Source of the DNA: a candidate division FCPU426 bacterium
Lineage (GTDB): Bacteria; Oederibacteriota; Muellerivitia; Muellerivitales; Muellerivitaceae
Length of the DNA: 64,000 nucleotides
Assembly: GCA_963796105.1 (NCBI GenBank)
Contig: CAWCKJ010000004.1
Location: 1,504,001 to 1,568,000 of the forward strand
Direction: 5' to 3'
In this document: piece after piece, positions 1-9,110 of the stretch
How the letters are laid out: the number at the start of each line of letters is the position of its first letter
Numbering within the stretch: position 1 is the first letter of the stretch
The notes under the pieces: model-generated
What the model saw: the letters and a program-made list of their open reading frames with translations, nothing else
What the model was told of the DNA's origin: nothing
Databases searched by the model: none
Made by a program: the position numbers and the translations under genes

Positions 1-107
1 CCACAAGTGAAACACCGCCATAATAGTTCCCTCAAATCCGAGTTGGCGTCGTATAGGTAGTTGTGGAGGATTTTGATTTTAGATTCAAACTTTAAAGTGG
101 TGGACAT
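1..107 (-). CDS. 5' part of a hypothetical protein running off the window edge (MSTTLKFESKIKILHNYLYDANSDLRELLWRCFTC...)
   Basis: ATG at 107-105 preceded by GAGGGG on the minus strand; frame open to the edge; CxxC motif. Confidence 0.4.
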   Translation of the reverse strand, partial: MSTTLKFESKIKILHNYLYDANSDLRELLWRCFTC

Positions 108-320
108 CGAAGACCCCCTCTTTTCCGAATCTCCCCCTTGCCTAAATTCATTTATTACTTTACTACCGAAAAGGGGAGATTGGAAATTTTGGTAGGGTGA
201 AATGAGTTAAAAGGTTAACATTCAAAATCAAAACCCGGTTTTCCATAAGGTTTTAGGTTAAAACGGAAATATCGTTTAATTTACAATAACTCGATGTTTC
301 CAAGAAAAACCAGTTTCTGG

Positions 321-1679
321 TCATTCTCCCAGTTTCCGCAGAGTCTCAAAAGAATAGATGCCGGTCCCATGACCGTCGGACCATTGAAAATGAAGTGCGT
401 AGCGGCCGACCGGATCCACCCCGGTAATGTGGACATTGGAATCTATGGATTCGATATTCACCATCCTTTCCCCGGTCATCTCGTTCACACAGGAAGCGCA
501 GGGGCACATGCCGCGTAAATAGCGGTTCGGATATCGAAGGGTTTTATCGTCGTCCCACTTGATCACCGTGACTTTTTCGTCCTGAGTGTCCACTTCCCTG
601 GGCCGTTTGGAGACCTTTCCGGTTTCCTCATTAATGATGGAAAGCTGGGATGCCATCTGCCGCGCGATTTGGCCGTAAGCCTTGGCTGAAAGGGAATCGG
701 GATGAGAAGCCACTGTGGGAATGCCTGAATCCCCATCCTCCGCCACCAGCGCTTCCAGGGGTATTTCTCCCAGGAAAGGAACAGCCAATTTCCCGGCCAT
801 TTCCCTTCCTCCGCCTTTTTTGAAAATTTCCGTGATTTTCCCGCAATGTCCGCAAACGAAGCCGCTCATGTTTTCCACGATGCCGATAATGGGAACTTGG
901 ACCTGCTGGAACATGCGCAGCCCCTTTTGGGTGATGACCCGCGCCACGTCCTGGGGGGTCGTCACGAGAACAGCCCCCGCCAGGGGAACGGACTGAGTGA
1001 GGGTCAGTTGGATATCGCCTGTTCCCGGGGGGAGGTCTATCAATAGGTAGTCTAAAGCGCCCCATTCCACTTCGGCCAGGAATTGCTGGACCAGCTTGCT
1101 GGCCATGGGGCCCCGCCAAATAAGGGCCGTGTCGCTATTTTCCTGGAGCATGCCCACGGACATGAATTTTATGCCGTGCTTCTCGAAGGGAATCATCTTC
1201 TTGGAGAGGGGATCCATCCCGGGCTGTTTGCCTTCCACGCCCAACATACGAGGGATGGAAGGACCATAGACATCCGCGTCCATCAATCCCACTTGGGCCC
1301 CGGTTTTGGCGAGGGCCAAGGCCAGGTTGGAGGAAACGGTGCTTTTCCCCACGCCTCCTTTTCCGGAAGCGATGGCGATCAAGTTCTTGACCGTGGGCAT
1401 GTTCAGGTTCTTGATGCCGGTAGGGGCTTGTTTCACGTTGGAGGTCATTTGGACCTCCACTTGTGTGACGCCGGGAATTTTTTTGACAGCTTCCAAAGCC
1501 TGGGACTTGAATTGATCCTTAACGGGGCAAGCAGGCGTGGTCATTTCAATCTCGAAACTTACCTTTCCCCCCTCCATTTTCAGATTTTTAATGAAACCCA
1601 AAGTGACAATATCCTGGTGCAGGTCAGGATCCTTGATGCCCCGAAGGGCGTTAAACACCGCCTGCTCCGAAATACCCAT
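321..1679 (-). CDS. mrp: Mrp/ApbC/NBP35 Fe-S cluster carrier ATPase with N-terminal DUF59 and C-terminal DUF971-like domain
   Basis: DPDL..DIV..GF and TTPACP (DUF59); ASGKGGVGKS, DADVYGPS, DLPPGTGD, ENMS.FVC.HC; C-terminal LRGMCPCASC...VGRYAL...WSDGHGTGIY. Confidence 0.92.
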   Translation of the reverse strand: MGISEQAVFNALRGIKDPDLHQDIVTLGFIKNLKMEGGKVSFEIEMTTPACPVKDQFKSQALEAVKKIPGVTQVEVQMTSNVKQAPTGIKNLNMPTVKNLIAIASGKGGVGKSTVSSNLALALAKTGAQVGLMDADVYGPSIPRMLGVEGKQPGMDPLSKKMIPFEKHGIKFMSVGMLQENSDTALIWRGPMASKLVQQFLAEVEWGALDYLLIDLPPGTGDIQLTLTQSVPLAGAVLVTTPQDVARVITQKGLRMFQQVQVPIIGIVENMSGFVCGHCGKITEIFKKGGGREMAGKLAVPFLGEIPLEALVAEDGDSGIPTVASHPDSLSAKAYGQIARQMASQLSIINEETGKVSKRPREVDTQDEKVTVIKWDDDKTLRYPNRYLRGMCPCASCVNEMTGERMVNIESIDSNVHITGVDPVGRYALHFQWSDGHGTGIYSFETLRKLGE

Positions 1680-2139
1680 GATTTTCTCCTTCGAAAATTG
1701 GCTATTTGACCGCTCATTAAGACTTTAACAAGTGTAGAAAAAATGAACCTTAAAAAATTGAAACTAGTTATCAGACAATAACCAATAGATACCGGCAGAG
1801 TTTAGCGGGGTTTACCCCTTCGCATCGTCATAAAACCTATGTTCCTGTTGGTGGTAACATCGGTTCCCGGCCTCATAATTGCAAGATGTCCGTGGTTTTA
1901 TTCGAGCTCTTGGACCCTCTTTCGAACCAGATTCAATTTCATGGTCAGGTTGACCACAAATCGCGCTTATGTTTTATGTCCGGTATTTCACGGAGTACGA
2001 AACCCAGAGAAGAGTTCAATTTTCCCGTGAAAACAAGTAAAATATCTATTGCTCCTAGAAAATATTTTCAAGTCCTTTTGTAAATGATTTGTCCCATACC
2101 CCCCTCACAAGGGGGGAATTTCCGGAAACGAAGGTATCC

Positions 2140-4638
2140 ATGAAAGCCATCATTATGGCGGGTGGGTTTGGAACCCGCATGAGGCCTTTAACCATTAATC
2201 TTCCCAAACCCATGATCCCCATGGTGAACCGTCCCATCATGGAAATCATCGTGGAACTCCTCAAGAAACATTCTTTGACCGACGTAATCAGCGTTATCTA
2301 TTACCAACCGGAGACCATCACGGAATATTTCCGGGATGGGACCGAATTTGGGATTCAATTGATGTACAAGGCGGCCGAGAGCGACCTGGGAACGGCGGGC
2401 TCTGTCAAGATTTGTCAATCCTTGATCGAGGACAAGTTCATTGTCATCTCGGGGGACGTTCTCACCGATTTCAACCTCACCGAGGCCATCCGGTTCCACG
2501 ATAAGAATAAAGCCAAGGCCACCATGGTTTTGACAAGGGTTGAAAACCCCCTGGCTTTCGGAGTGGTCATTACCGATAAGGACGGGAAAATCCAAAGATT
2601 CCTCGAGAAACCAACCTGGGGGGAAGTCTTTTCCGACACCGTCAACACGGGGATCTATATCCTGGAACCGGACGTCCTGGACATGATTCCCGCCAACGAG
2701 GAATTCGATTTTTCCAAGAATCTCTTTCCCCTCATGCTTGAAAAAGGCATTCCCCTCTACGGCTACATTGCCGAGGGTTATTGGGCCGACATTGGCAATT
2801 TGGACCAATACCGCCTGGCCCATCAGGATGTTTTCGCGGGCAAGGTGGATGTCCAAATCAAGGGTTCCCGGCTGAACAAGATCGGCAAGGAGATCTGGGC
2901 GGGCGAAAAAACCCATATCGACTCCACGGCCCAGTTGTCCGGGACGGTGGTTCTCGGGGAGGGCTGTAATATCGGCAAGTACGCCAAAATCACCAATTCC
3001 GTCCTGGGAGACGGCTGCCAGGTGGAGGAGGGGGCGGTCTTGACCAATGCCATTTTATGGAGGAATGTTTCCATCGGCGCCGAGGCGCAAGTGAGGGAGT
3101 GCGTGGTGGCCTCCGGTACCGACGTTCGGGAAAAGGCCAACATTTTCGAGGGGGCCATCGTCTCGGATAATTGCACCATCGGGCGTGACGCGGTCGTCAA
3201 GGCGGGGGTCAAGGTCTGGCCCAATAAGGTCGTGGAGGACGGGGCCAGGCTTTCCACTTCCCTGGTTTGGGGCGACAAGTGGGCCCGATCCATCTTCGGG
3301 CAGCACGGCGTCACGGGAATGGCGGGCATCGACATGACTCCGGAGTTCGCGGGAAAGCTGGGGGCGGCCTATGGGGTGTCCCTGCCCAAGGGCTCCACGG
3401 TTCTCACCTCGCGGGACATTCACAAGACCAGCCGCATGATCAACCGCGCCCTCATTTCCGGCATTCTTTCCTCGGGAGTCAATGTGCACGACCTACAGGA
3501 GATGCCCATCTCGGTGGCCAGGTACGCCGTCCCGAAACTTTCCGACGCGGGGGGGCTCCACACCCGCAAGAGCCCGTTTGACAAGCAGTTCATCGACATG
3601 AAATTCTTTGACGGGCGGGGCATGGCCCTCTCCTCCGGCAAGGAAAAGGGGATCGAGAATCTCTTCTACCGCGAGGATTTCCGCAGGGCCACAATGGAGG
3701 AGACAGGGGAGCTGATGTTCCCCCACCGGATGCTGGAGTTCTATCACCAGGGTTTCCTGGACGCCTTGGACGTGAAATCCATCCTGGACTACAAACCCAA
3801 GGTGGTCATTGATTACGCTTTCTCCGCCGCCGCTCCCATCTTTCCGCTTCTTTTGGGTAAATTGGGATGTGAGGTAGTGGCCCTGAACGCCTATATGGAC
3901 GAGACCAAACTCACCAAGACCCCGGAGGAATTCCAGGCGTCCCTCAAGCAGATGACCGACATCGTCCCGACCCTGCGGGCCAATTTTGGGGTTTTATTTG
4001 ACTCGGGCGCCGAGAAGATTTTCGTCGTGGATGAGAAGGGACATCTTCTGGGAGGGACTGAACTCCTGGCGGTTTTTTCCCTTTTCACCTATCACACCCA
4101 CCAGGGCGCGAAGACGGTGGTTCCCGTCAATAGCTCCCAGGTCCTGGACGATTTGGCGAAAGCCAACGGCGGAACGGTAGTTCATTCCCGAACGACTTAC
4201 TTCTCCCTCATGGAGGCGGCCACCCAGAAAGACGTGCTGCTTGTGGGGGAATCGGACGGGGGCTTCATTTTTCCGGGTTTCGCCCCCTTCATGGACGCCA
4301 TGATGTCCACAGCGAAACTGATGGAATTCATCGCCCTGGAAGGCAAGCCCATCTCCCATTACCTGAGGGAAATCCCCAAAAAAGTAGAGATCATCCAGAA
4401 AGTCCATTGTTCCTGGGAGTTGAAGGGAAGCATCATGCGCCAGCTCATCGAGGATACGGCGAACGAGAAACGGGAGCTCATTGACGGGGTGAAGATTCAT
4501 CACAACGGTTCCTCGGTCATGATCCTTCCCGACGCTGACATGGCCCTATTCCACGTTTCCGCTGAGGCTGAAAATGAGGAAAAAGCCCAGGAGCTGGTGA
4601 CGGCTTTTGTGGAGAAAATCAAGAAGTGGCAGGGATAA
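2140..4638 (+). CDS. Mannose-1-phosphate guanylyltransferase with hexapeptide repeats fused to a phosphomannomutase-like domain
   Basis: MKAIIMAGGFGTRMRPLT..LPKPM, FLEKP, left-handed beta-helix repeats, then a PMM-like fold starting at IFGQHGVTG; ATG at 2140 preferred over the ORF-track TTG at 2089. Confidence 0.9.
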   Translation: MKAIIMAGGFGTRMRPLTINLPKPMIPMVNRPIMEIIVELLKKHSLTDVISVIYYQPETITEYFRDGTEFGIQLMYKAAESDLGTAGSVKICQSLIEDKFIVISGDVLTDFNLTEAIRFHDKNKAKATMVLTRVENPLAFGVVITDKDGKIQRFLEKPTWGEVFSDTVNTGIYILEPDVLDMIPANEEFDFSKNLFPLMLEKGIPLYGYIAEGYWADIGNLDQYRLAHQDVFAGKVDVQIKGSRLNKIGKEIWAGEKTHIDSTAQLSGTVVLGEGCNIGKYAKITNSVLGDGCQVEEGAVLTNAILWRNVSIGAEAQVRECVVASGTDVREKANIFEGAIVSDNCTIGRDAVVKAGVKVWPNKVVEDGARLSTSLVWGDKWARSIFGQHGVTGMAGIDMTPEFAGKLGAAYGVSLPKGSTVLTSRDIHKTSRMINRALISGILSSGVNVHDLQEMPISVARYAVPKLSDAGGLHTRKSPFDKQFIDMKFFDGRGMALSSGKEKGIENLFYREDFRRATMEETGELMFPHRMLEFYHQGFLDALDVKSILDYKPKVVIDYAFSAAAPIFPLLLGKLGCEVVALNAYMDETKLTKTPEEFQASLKQMTDIVPTLRANFGVLFDSGAEKIFVVDEKGHLLGGTELLAVFSLFTYHTHQGAKTVVPVNSSQVLDDLAKANGGTVVHSRTTYFSLMEAATQKDVLLVGESDGGFIFPGFAPFMDAMMSTAKLMEFIALEGKPISHYLREIPKKVEIIQKVHCSWELKGSIMRQLIEDTANEKRELIDGVKIHHNGSSVMILPDADMALFHVSAEAENEEKAQELVTAFVEKIKKWQG

Positions 4639-4757
4639 AAGAAGAAGCATTCGTTCGGTTATTTTTGGTGGTAGAGATTATTCGGCAGGCTGGGCTCATA
4701 GCAAAAGCATCATCCATGGTGTGTTTATTCCCGTTTGCCCCGTTCAGGTTAAAAACA

Positions 4758-4786
4758 TTGCCAAATATTCCTGTTTTCCGTAAACT
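4758..4786 (+). promoter_or_regulatory. Putative sigma70 promoter for the PGM gene
   Basis: TTGCCA-N17-TAAACT. Confidence 0.45.
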
Positions 4787-4826
4787 CTCTTAACTTTTCA
4801 ACTTTGATCCTATAAGGGATGTCATT

Positions 4827-6263
4827 TTGGCGAAAATCACATTTGGAACCTCCGGGTGGCGGGCGATATTAGCGGAAGATTTCACCTTCGCGAATGTCAA
4901 GATCGCGGTGGCGGCCATAGCCCAGCACCTTCAACAAGAAGGTTTGACAGCCCAGGGATTGGTGGTCGCGGGGGACTACCGCTTCCTTTCAGAGGAGTTC
5001 ATGGAGCTGACCGCCGGGGTCTTGGCGGGCCATGGAATCACCGCCTATATGTGTCCGGTCGGCACGCCCACCCCCACTGTTTCCTACGAGTTAATCCGCC
5101 GAAAGGCGGCGGGTTCCATTAATTTCACGGCCAGCCACAATCCGGCCACTTATCAAGGGTTGAAATTCAACGGGCCGGACGGAGGCCCTGCCTACCCGGA
5201 AGTCACGAAAAAATTGGAAGCCTTGGCGGCCAGCATCGCGGCTGAAGGGGGTCTCGTTCCCGAAATGGCCTTTAAAAAAGCCGTGGAAAAGGGAATGGCG
5301 GTGCCCATTGATCCGAAGCAAGCTTATTTCGCCAGGATCAGGGAATTGATCCGATTTGACATCATCAAGAAAGCCAAACTCAAGATCGTCTTGGACCTGA
5401 TGCACGGCAATGGGTTGGGATACATCGACACCCTTCTCCAGGAAGCCGGCATCAACCTGAAAGTGCTGCATAACACCCGGGACCCGTTTTTCGGCGGCAG
5501 GGGGCATCATCCGGAGCCGGGTCCGGAGGAACTCAAGGAAGCTATCCACCTGGTAAAAACCTTGCCGGCCCATTTGGGCCTCGCCAATGACGGGGACGCG
5601 GACCGTTTCGGGGTCATCGATGGGGATGGAACCTTTATTATTCCGAATGTCGTTCTTCCCATTCTCTTCGAGCACCTCCTGAATACCCGGGATTGGAAGG
5701 GATGCGTGGTCCGAACCCTTCCCACCACCCACCTCATTGACGCCATCGCGGAAGCCCACATGATCCCCGTGAGGGAAACGCCTGTAGGATTCAAGCACAT
5801 CGCGAAGGTCATGTCCGAGGAGCCCATTATCATCGGGGGAGAGGAATCGGGCGGCCTCACCGTTCATGGGCACGTGCCCGAGAAAGACGGCATCCTTGCG
5901 AACCTTCTCATGGCCGAGGTGGTGGCCACCGAAGGGAAGAACCTCTCGGCGGTTCTCCGGAATCTTTTCCAGAAATACGGGCCCTTTTACAGCGACCGCT
6001 TGAACATCGAGATCGACAAGGGAATTAGGGAAGCTATGACCGCCAAACTCAAGGACAATCCTCCATCGGAAGTGATTGAAAAACGCGTGGTGGATATCAA
6101 CCGGAAAGACCCGGACGGCACCAAACTCATCCTGGAGGACGATGAATGGCTCATGGTGCGGTTTTCCGGCACCGAACCCCTTATGCGCTGTTACATGGAA
6201 GCCCATTCCCTGTCTGACCTTGAAAAATTGAGGAAAGCCGGAAAAGAAATAACCCAAAGCTGA
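4827..6263 (+). CDS. Phosphoglucomutase/phosphomannomutase
   Basis: FGTSGWR, catalytic TASHNP, metal-binding DGDADR, GEESGG, RFSGTEP. Confidence 0.93.
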   Translation: MAKITFGTSGWRAILAEDFTFANVKIAVAAIAQHLQQEGLTAQGLVVAGDYRFLSEEFMELTAGVLAGHGITAYMCPVGTPTPTVSYELIRRKAAGSINFTASHNPATYQGLKFNGPDGGPAYPEVTKKLEALAASIAAEGGLVPEMAFKKAVEKGMAVPIDPKQAYFARIRELIRFDIIKKAKLKIVLDLMHGNGLGYIDTLLQEAGINLKVLHNTRDPFFGGRGHHPEPGPEELKEAIHLVKTLPAHLGLANDGDADRFGVIDGDGTFIIPNVVLPILFEHLLNTRDWKGCVVRTLPTTHLIDAIAEAHMIPVRETPVGFKHIAKVMSEEPIIIGGEESGGLTVHGHVPEKDGILANLLMAEVVATEGKNLSAVLRNLFQKYGPFYSDRLNIEIDKGIREAMTAKLKDNPPSEVIEKRVVDINRKDPDGTKLILEDDEWLMVRFSGTEPLMRCYMEAHSLSDLEKLRKAGKEITQS

Positions 6264-6363
6264 TTCCAATCATCCCGAACTTTCCTCTCAATTGATTTTC
6301 ATCATGCTATTCCCCCGTCTTTTGCGATAAACTAATCCCGTGTTTACCGATTAACCATATTGA

Positions 6364-6406
6364 GACTGTTGAAAAAGTCCCGTCGAAGATGGGTTTTTCA
6401 ACACTC
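6364..6406. repeat. Miniature inverted repeat/hairpin resembling paired IS ends
   Basis: GACTGTTGAAAAA ... TTTTTCAACACTC (12/13 complementary) with inner CCCGTC/GATGGG stem. Confidence 0.5.
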
Positions 6407-6429
6407 CCATTTTAAAAGGGCTCTTCATA

Positions 6430-7470
6430 ATGTTCTCGGAATCTGTCCTGAAGGCGATTAAATCCCGAATCATGAAAGTATTGGTTCCCATGATTCTTTG
6501 GTTTGCCTTGGGAACTGGCGCGGGAGTCATCGCCGCCCAATATATCCAAGATTCGGTGATTGTTGAATACATCGGGGTGGGAACCGCATTTATTCTGATC
6601 TTATGGTGGGTCTTTTTATCCTGGTGGATCAAATCCGAATGGCTCCTGGATCTACAGGGCTACCTGCTGGAGAATAAAATCCTACCTTTTAACTTCGTCA
6701 AGTTCAGCCGTTGCCTCCCCTGGACCGCGGGCGTCCAAAAGGAAAAGCTGATGCGGTCTGTCGCGGGGGAATATTACAACCTAAGGGAAAAAGCTTCTCG
6801 AACCCAGCAAACCCTTGAGAAATATGTTGGAAGTAATATCTCATCAAAGGCCGAGGAAAAGGCTAATCGTTCCGAGTTGGGCGGAGAGCTCAAGAGGGTC
6901 TATGTGCTATTTTCCGATTTGAGGGGTTTCACCCACATGACCGAGCAGCTCAAACCCGAGGAGACGGTCGATATTTTAAACAAGATGTTCACAGCCATGG
7001 CGGAGGTCATTACGCAAAACGGGGGCGACATCAACAAGTTCATCGGCGACGCCATTTTCGCTTACTTCCGCAGGCCCTACGGAAACGAGGGGGAAGCGGC
7101 CAAGCCCGTTCTGCGGGCTGCCCTGCGCATGCAGGACCGGTTCGATTTCCTGAACAAGGGCTTCAAGGCGGCCTATGGGGAACAACTGGATATCGGTTTG
7201 GGGATCGGCGTGGCCGCCGGCACGGCCATCATGGGAAACCTGGGATCGGCCAACCGCATGGAATTCACCCTCATCGGCGATACGATCAACCTGGCTTCGC
7301 GGCTATGCGGCATCGCCAAAGCCGGACAGATCCTGGTGAACGAGGAAATGGCCGAGGTGTCCCAGGATTATTTTGAGATGACGGCGCTGCCGGCGGTCCA
7401 AATCAAGGGGAAATCCGGCCTGCATACCCCCTACCAAGTGTCGGGCGAGCGGTTGACCATGAGCCGTTGA
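6430..7470 (+). CDS. Membrane-anchored class III adenylate/guanylate cyclase (adenylate-type residues)
   Basis: Two N-terminal TM segments; VLFSDLRGFT, INKFIGDA, GNLGSANRMEFTLIGDTINLASRL. Confidence 0.9.
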   Translation: MFSESVLKAIKSRIMKVLVPMILWFALGTGAGVIAAQYIQDSVIVEYIGVGTAFILILWWVFLSWWIKSEWLLDLQGYLLENKILPFNFVKFSRCLPWTAGVQKEKLMRSVAGEYYNLREKASRTQQTLEKYVGSNISSKAEEKANRSELGGELKRVYVLFSDLRGFTHMTEQLKPEETVDILNKMFTAMAEVITQNGGDINKFIGDAIFAYFRRPYGNEGEAAKPVLRAALRMQDRFDFLNKGFKAAYGEQLDIGLGIGVAAGTAIMGNLGSANRMEFTLIGDTINLASRLCGIAKAGQILVNEEMAEVSQDYFEMTALPAVQIKGKSGLHTPYQVSGERLTMSR

Positions 7471-7527
7471 TGAAAGGACCTAACACGAATTTTTCCTGTT
7501 TATTCTCAAGAGAACGGGCGAAGTGAA

Positions 7528-8766
7528 ATGAAAAAAACAAAAAAAACACGACATTCTTTCCCCGTGACGATGACCGCAGCTTACAAGCATTTCGGGATGA
7601 AAACAGATCCCTTCACAACCCTTTCCCTGCAAGCGCATAACCTTGAGTATTTCGTGGGCCGAAAGGAACTCATCGAGCGGCTGACGTCCAGTATGGGCTC
7701 CCTCTCGAACGTAGGGTTGGCGGGGGAACCCGGAGTCGGAAAAAGCAGCCTCCTGCAGATGCTCCGCGCCCGCCTTCCAAATGGTTTTTTATCCGTGAAC
7801 ATCGGCGTTCCAGTGGATGACGCCTCCTATTTTCTTTCCGAGCTCCTGCGGGAAATCCTCGCGACGTTTTCGAAAGTGCCGGGCTTGAAGCTGGGCGAAG
7901 TGGCCATGCGATTAGAAAAGGAGACTCTCAGCAAAAACACGATTTTTACCATCCTTAAGACCTTGATCGCGCACTTGAGGAAACCACTGGTGGTCTTCGT
8001 GGACGATCTTGAAAAACTAAAAGGGGACCGGGTCCGGCATTACACGCGCTCTGAAAGAACCCTCCAACTATTGGAGGAATTGAAGTCAGTCCTGGAACTG
8101 CCCCGGGTGGGGTTTGTCATAATCCTGCAGGAGGAGTTTTATTCCATATTGGGGCAGATCGTCAAGGATGGCGCCGAGCCCACCGTCCTGGGTCTTTTTA
8201 AAAACATCGTATTGGTGGAAAAATTCACCCGAGCCGAGCTCCAAGAGGCTTTAGATCTCCGCTTAAGGCGGGCGAGTTTTGGGGGCTCCATGGGGGAATT
8301 CCTGGAGCGGGAAGCCTTGTCCCTGGCCCTTTCCTTCTCATACGGCAATCCCCGCCGGTTTTTATATCTTCTTTCCGAGGGGATGTACCGGGCGTTCCGC
8401 AGGAAATCCCAGCGGGTGGATTTCCAGGATCTTTTCGACGCGGTCAATGAGCACCTGAAGCTGGATTTGACCTGCAAGAAACTGCTTTTTTTCCTGGCCA
8501 AATCCGGGCGGACGGCGGCCACCAACCACGATTTGCAAAGTTTCATGGGGCGGGACATGATCTCCATCGCCCGCAGGCTGGAAGCCCTCGCCAAAAGCCG
8601 GCTGGCTGAGATGGTTGACGTGGTGAATGGGGCCAAGGTTTACGCCCTGCCGGGGACCCAAATCGTAGCCGCCAAGGCAGTTGCTGAAAACAGGGACCCC
8701 ACCTTTCAATCCGAAGGCGGGGAGAAAGTCTACCTTTTGGACGGTGAAAACGCGTCAGGGAATTAA
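7528..8766 (+). CDS. P-loop AAA+ ATPase (ExeA/STAND-like) with probable C-terminal winged helix
   Basis: HFGMKTDPF N-terminus, Walker A GEPGVGKS, Walker B VVFVDD, GNPRR. Confidence 0.7.
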   Translation: MKKTKKTRHSFPVTMTAAYKHFGMKTDPFTTLSLQAHNLEYFVGRKELIERLTSSMGSLSNVGLAGEPGVGKSSLLQMLRARLPNGFLSVNIGVPVDDASYFLSELLREILATFSKVPGLKLGEVAMRLEKETLSKNTIFTILKTLIAHLRKPLVVFVDDLEKLKGDRVRHYTRSERTLQLLEELKSVLELPRVGFVIILQEEFYSILGQIVKDGAEPTVLGLFKNIVLVEKFTRAELQEALDLRLRRASFGGSMGEFLEREALSLALSFSYGNPRRFLYLLSEGMYRAFRRKSQRVDFQDLFDAVNEHLKLDLTCKKLLFFLAKSGRTAATNHDLQSFMGRDMISIARRLEALAKSRLAEMVDVVNGAKVYALPGTQIVAAKAVAENRDPTFQSEGGEKVYLLDGENASGN

Positions 8767-8769
8767 TCG

Positions 8770-9084
8770 ATGAAAGTTTACGTGGTTTTGATCACCACCC
8801 CCGACCGGAAGACGAGCGAAATAATCTCCAGGGGTTTGGTTGATCATAAACTGGCCGCCTGTGTCAACCGCGTTCCGGGCCTCGCGAGCCGTTATTGGTG
8901 GAAAGGGAAAGTGGAGACGGCCCGTGAGGAACTCCTGATCGCCAAGACTTCCTCGTCCCGCTGGAAATCCATCATGCTTTGGGTGAGGAAAAACCACCCC
9001 TACGGCGTTTGCGAAATACTGGCTTTGCCCGTGGCGGGGGGGAATCCGCCTTATTTGGAGTGGATCTTAAAAAGTTTGAAATAA
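8770..9084 (+). CDS. cutA: Divalent-cation tolerance protein CutA
   Basis: LAACVN, SRYWWKGKVE..E, HPY..EI. Confidence 0.92.
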   Translation: MKVYVVLITTPDRKTSEIISRGLVDHKLAACVNRVPGLASRYWWKGKVETAREELLIAKTSSSRWKSIMLWVRKNHPYGVCEILALPVAGGNPPYLEWILKSLK

Positions 9085-9110
9085 CAGCTTATAACCCAAA
9101 GGGATCTTTC

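Noticed and set aside
1780..1980. Possible ncRNA (6S or riboswitch) between mrp and the guanylyltransferase gene
   Set aside because: Some pairing (TAAAACC/GGTTTTA), but I could not match any family consensus; needs an Rfam scan.
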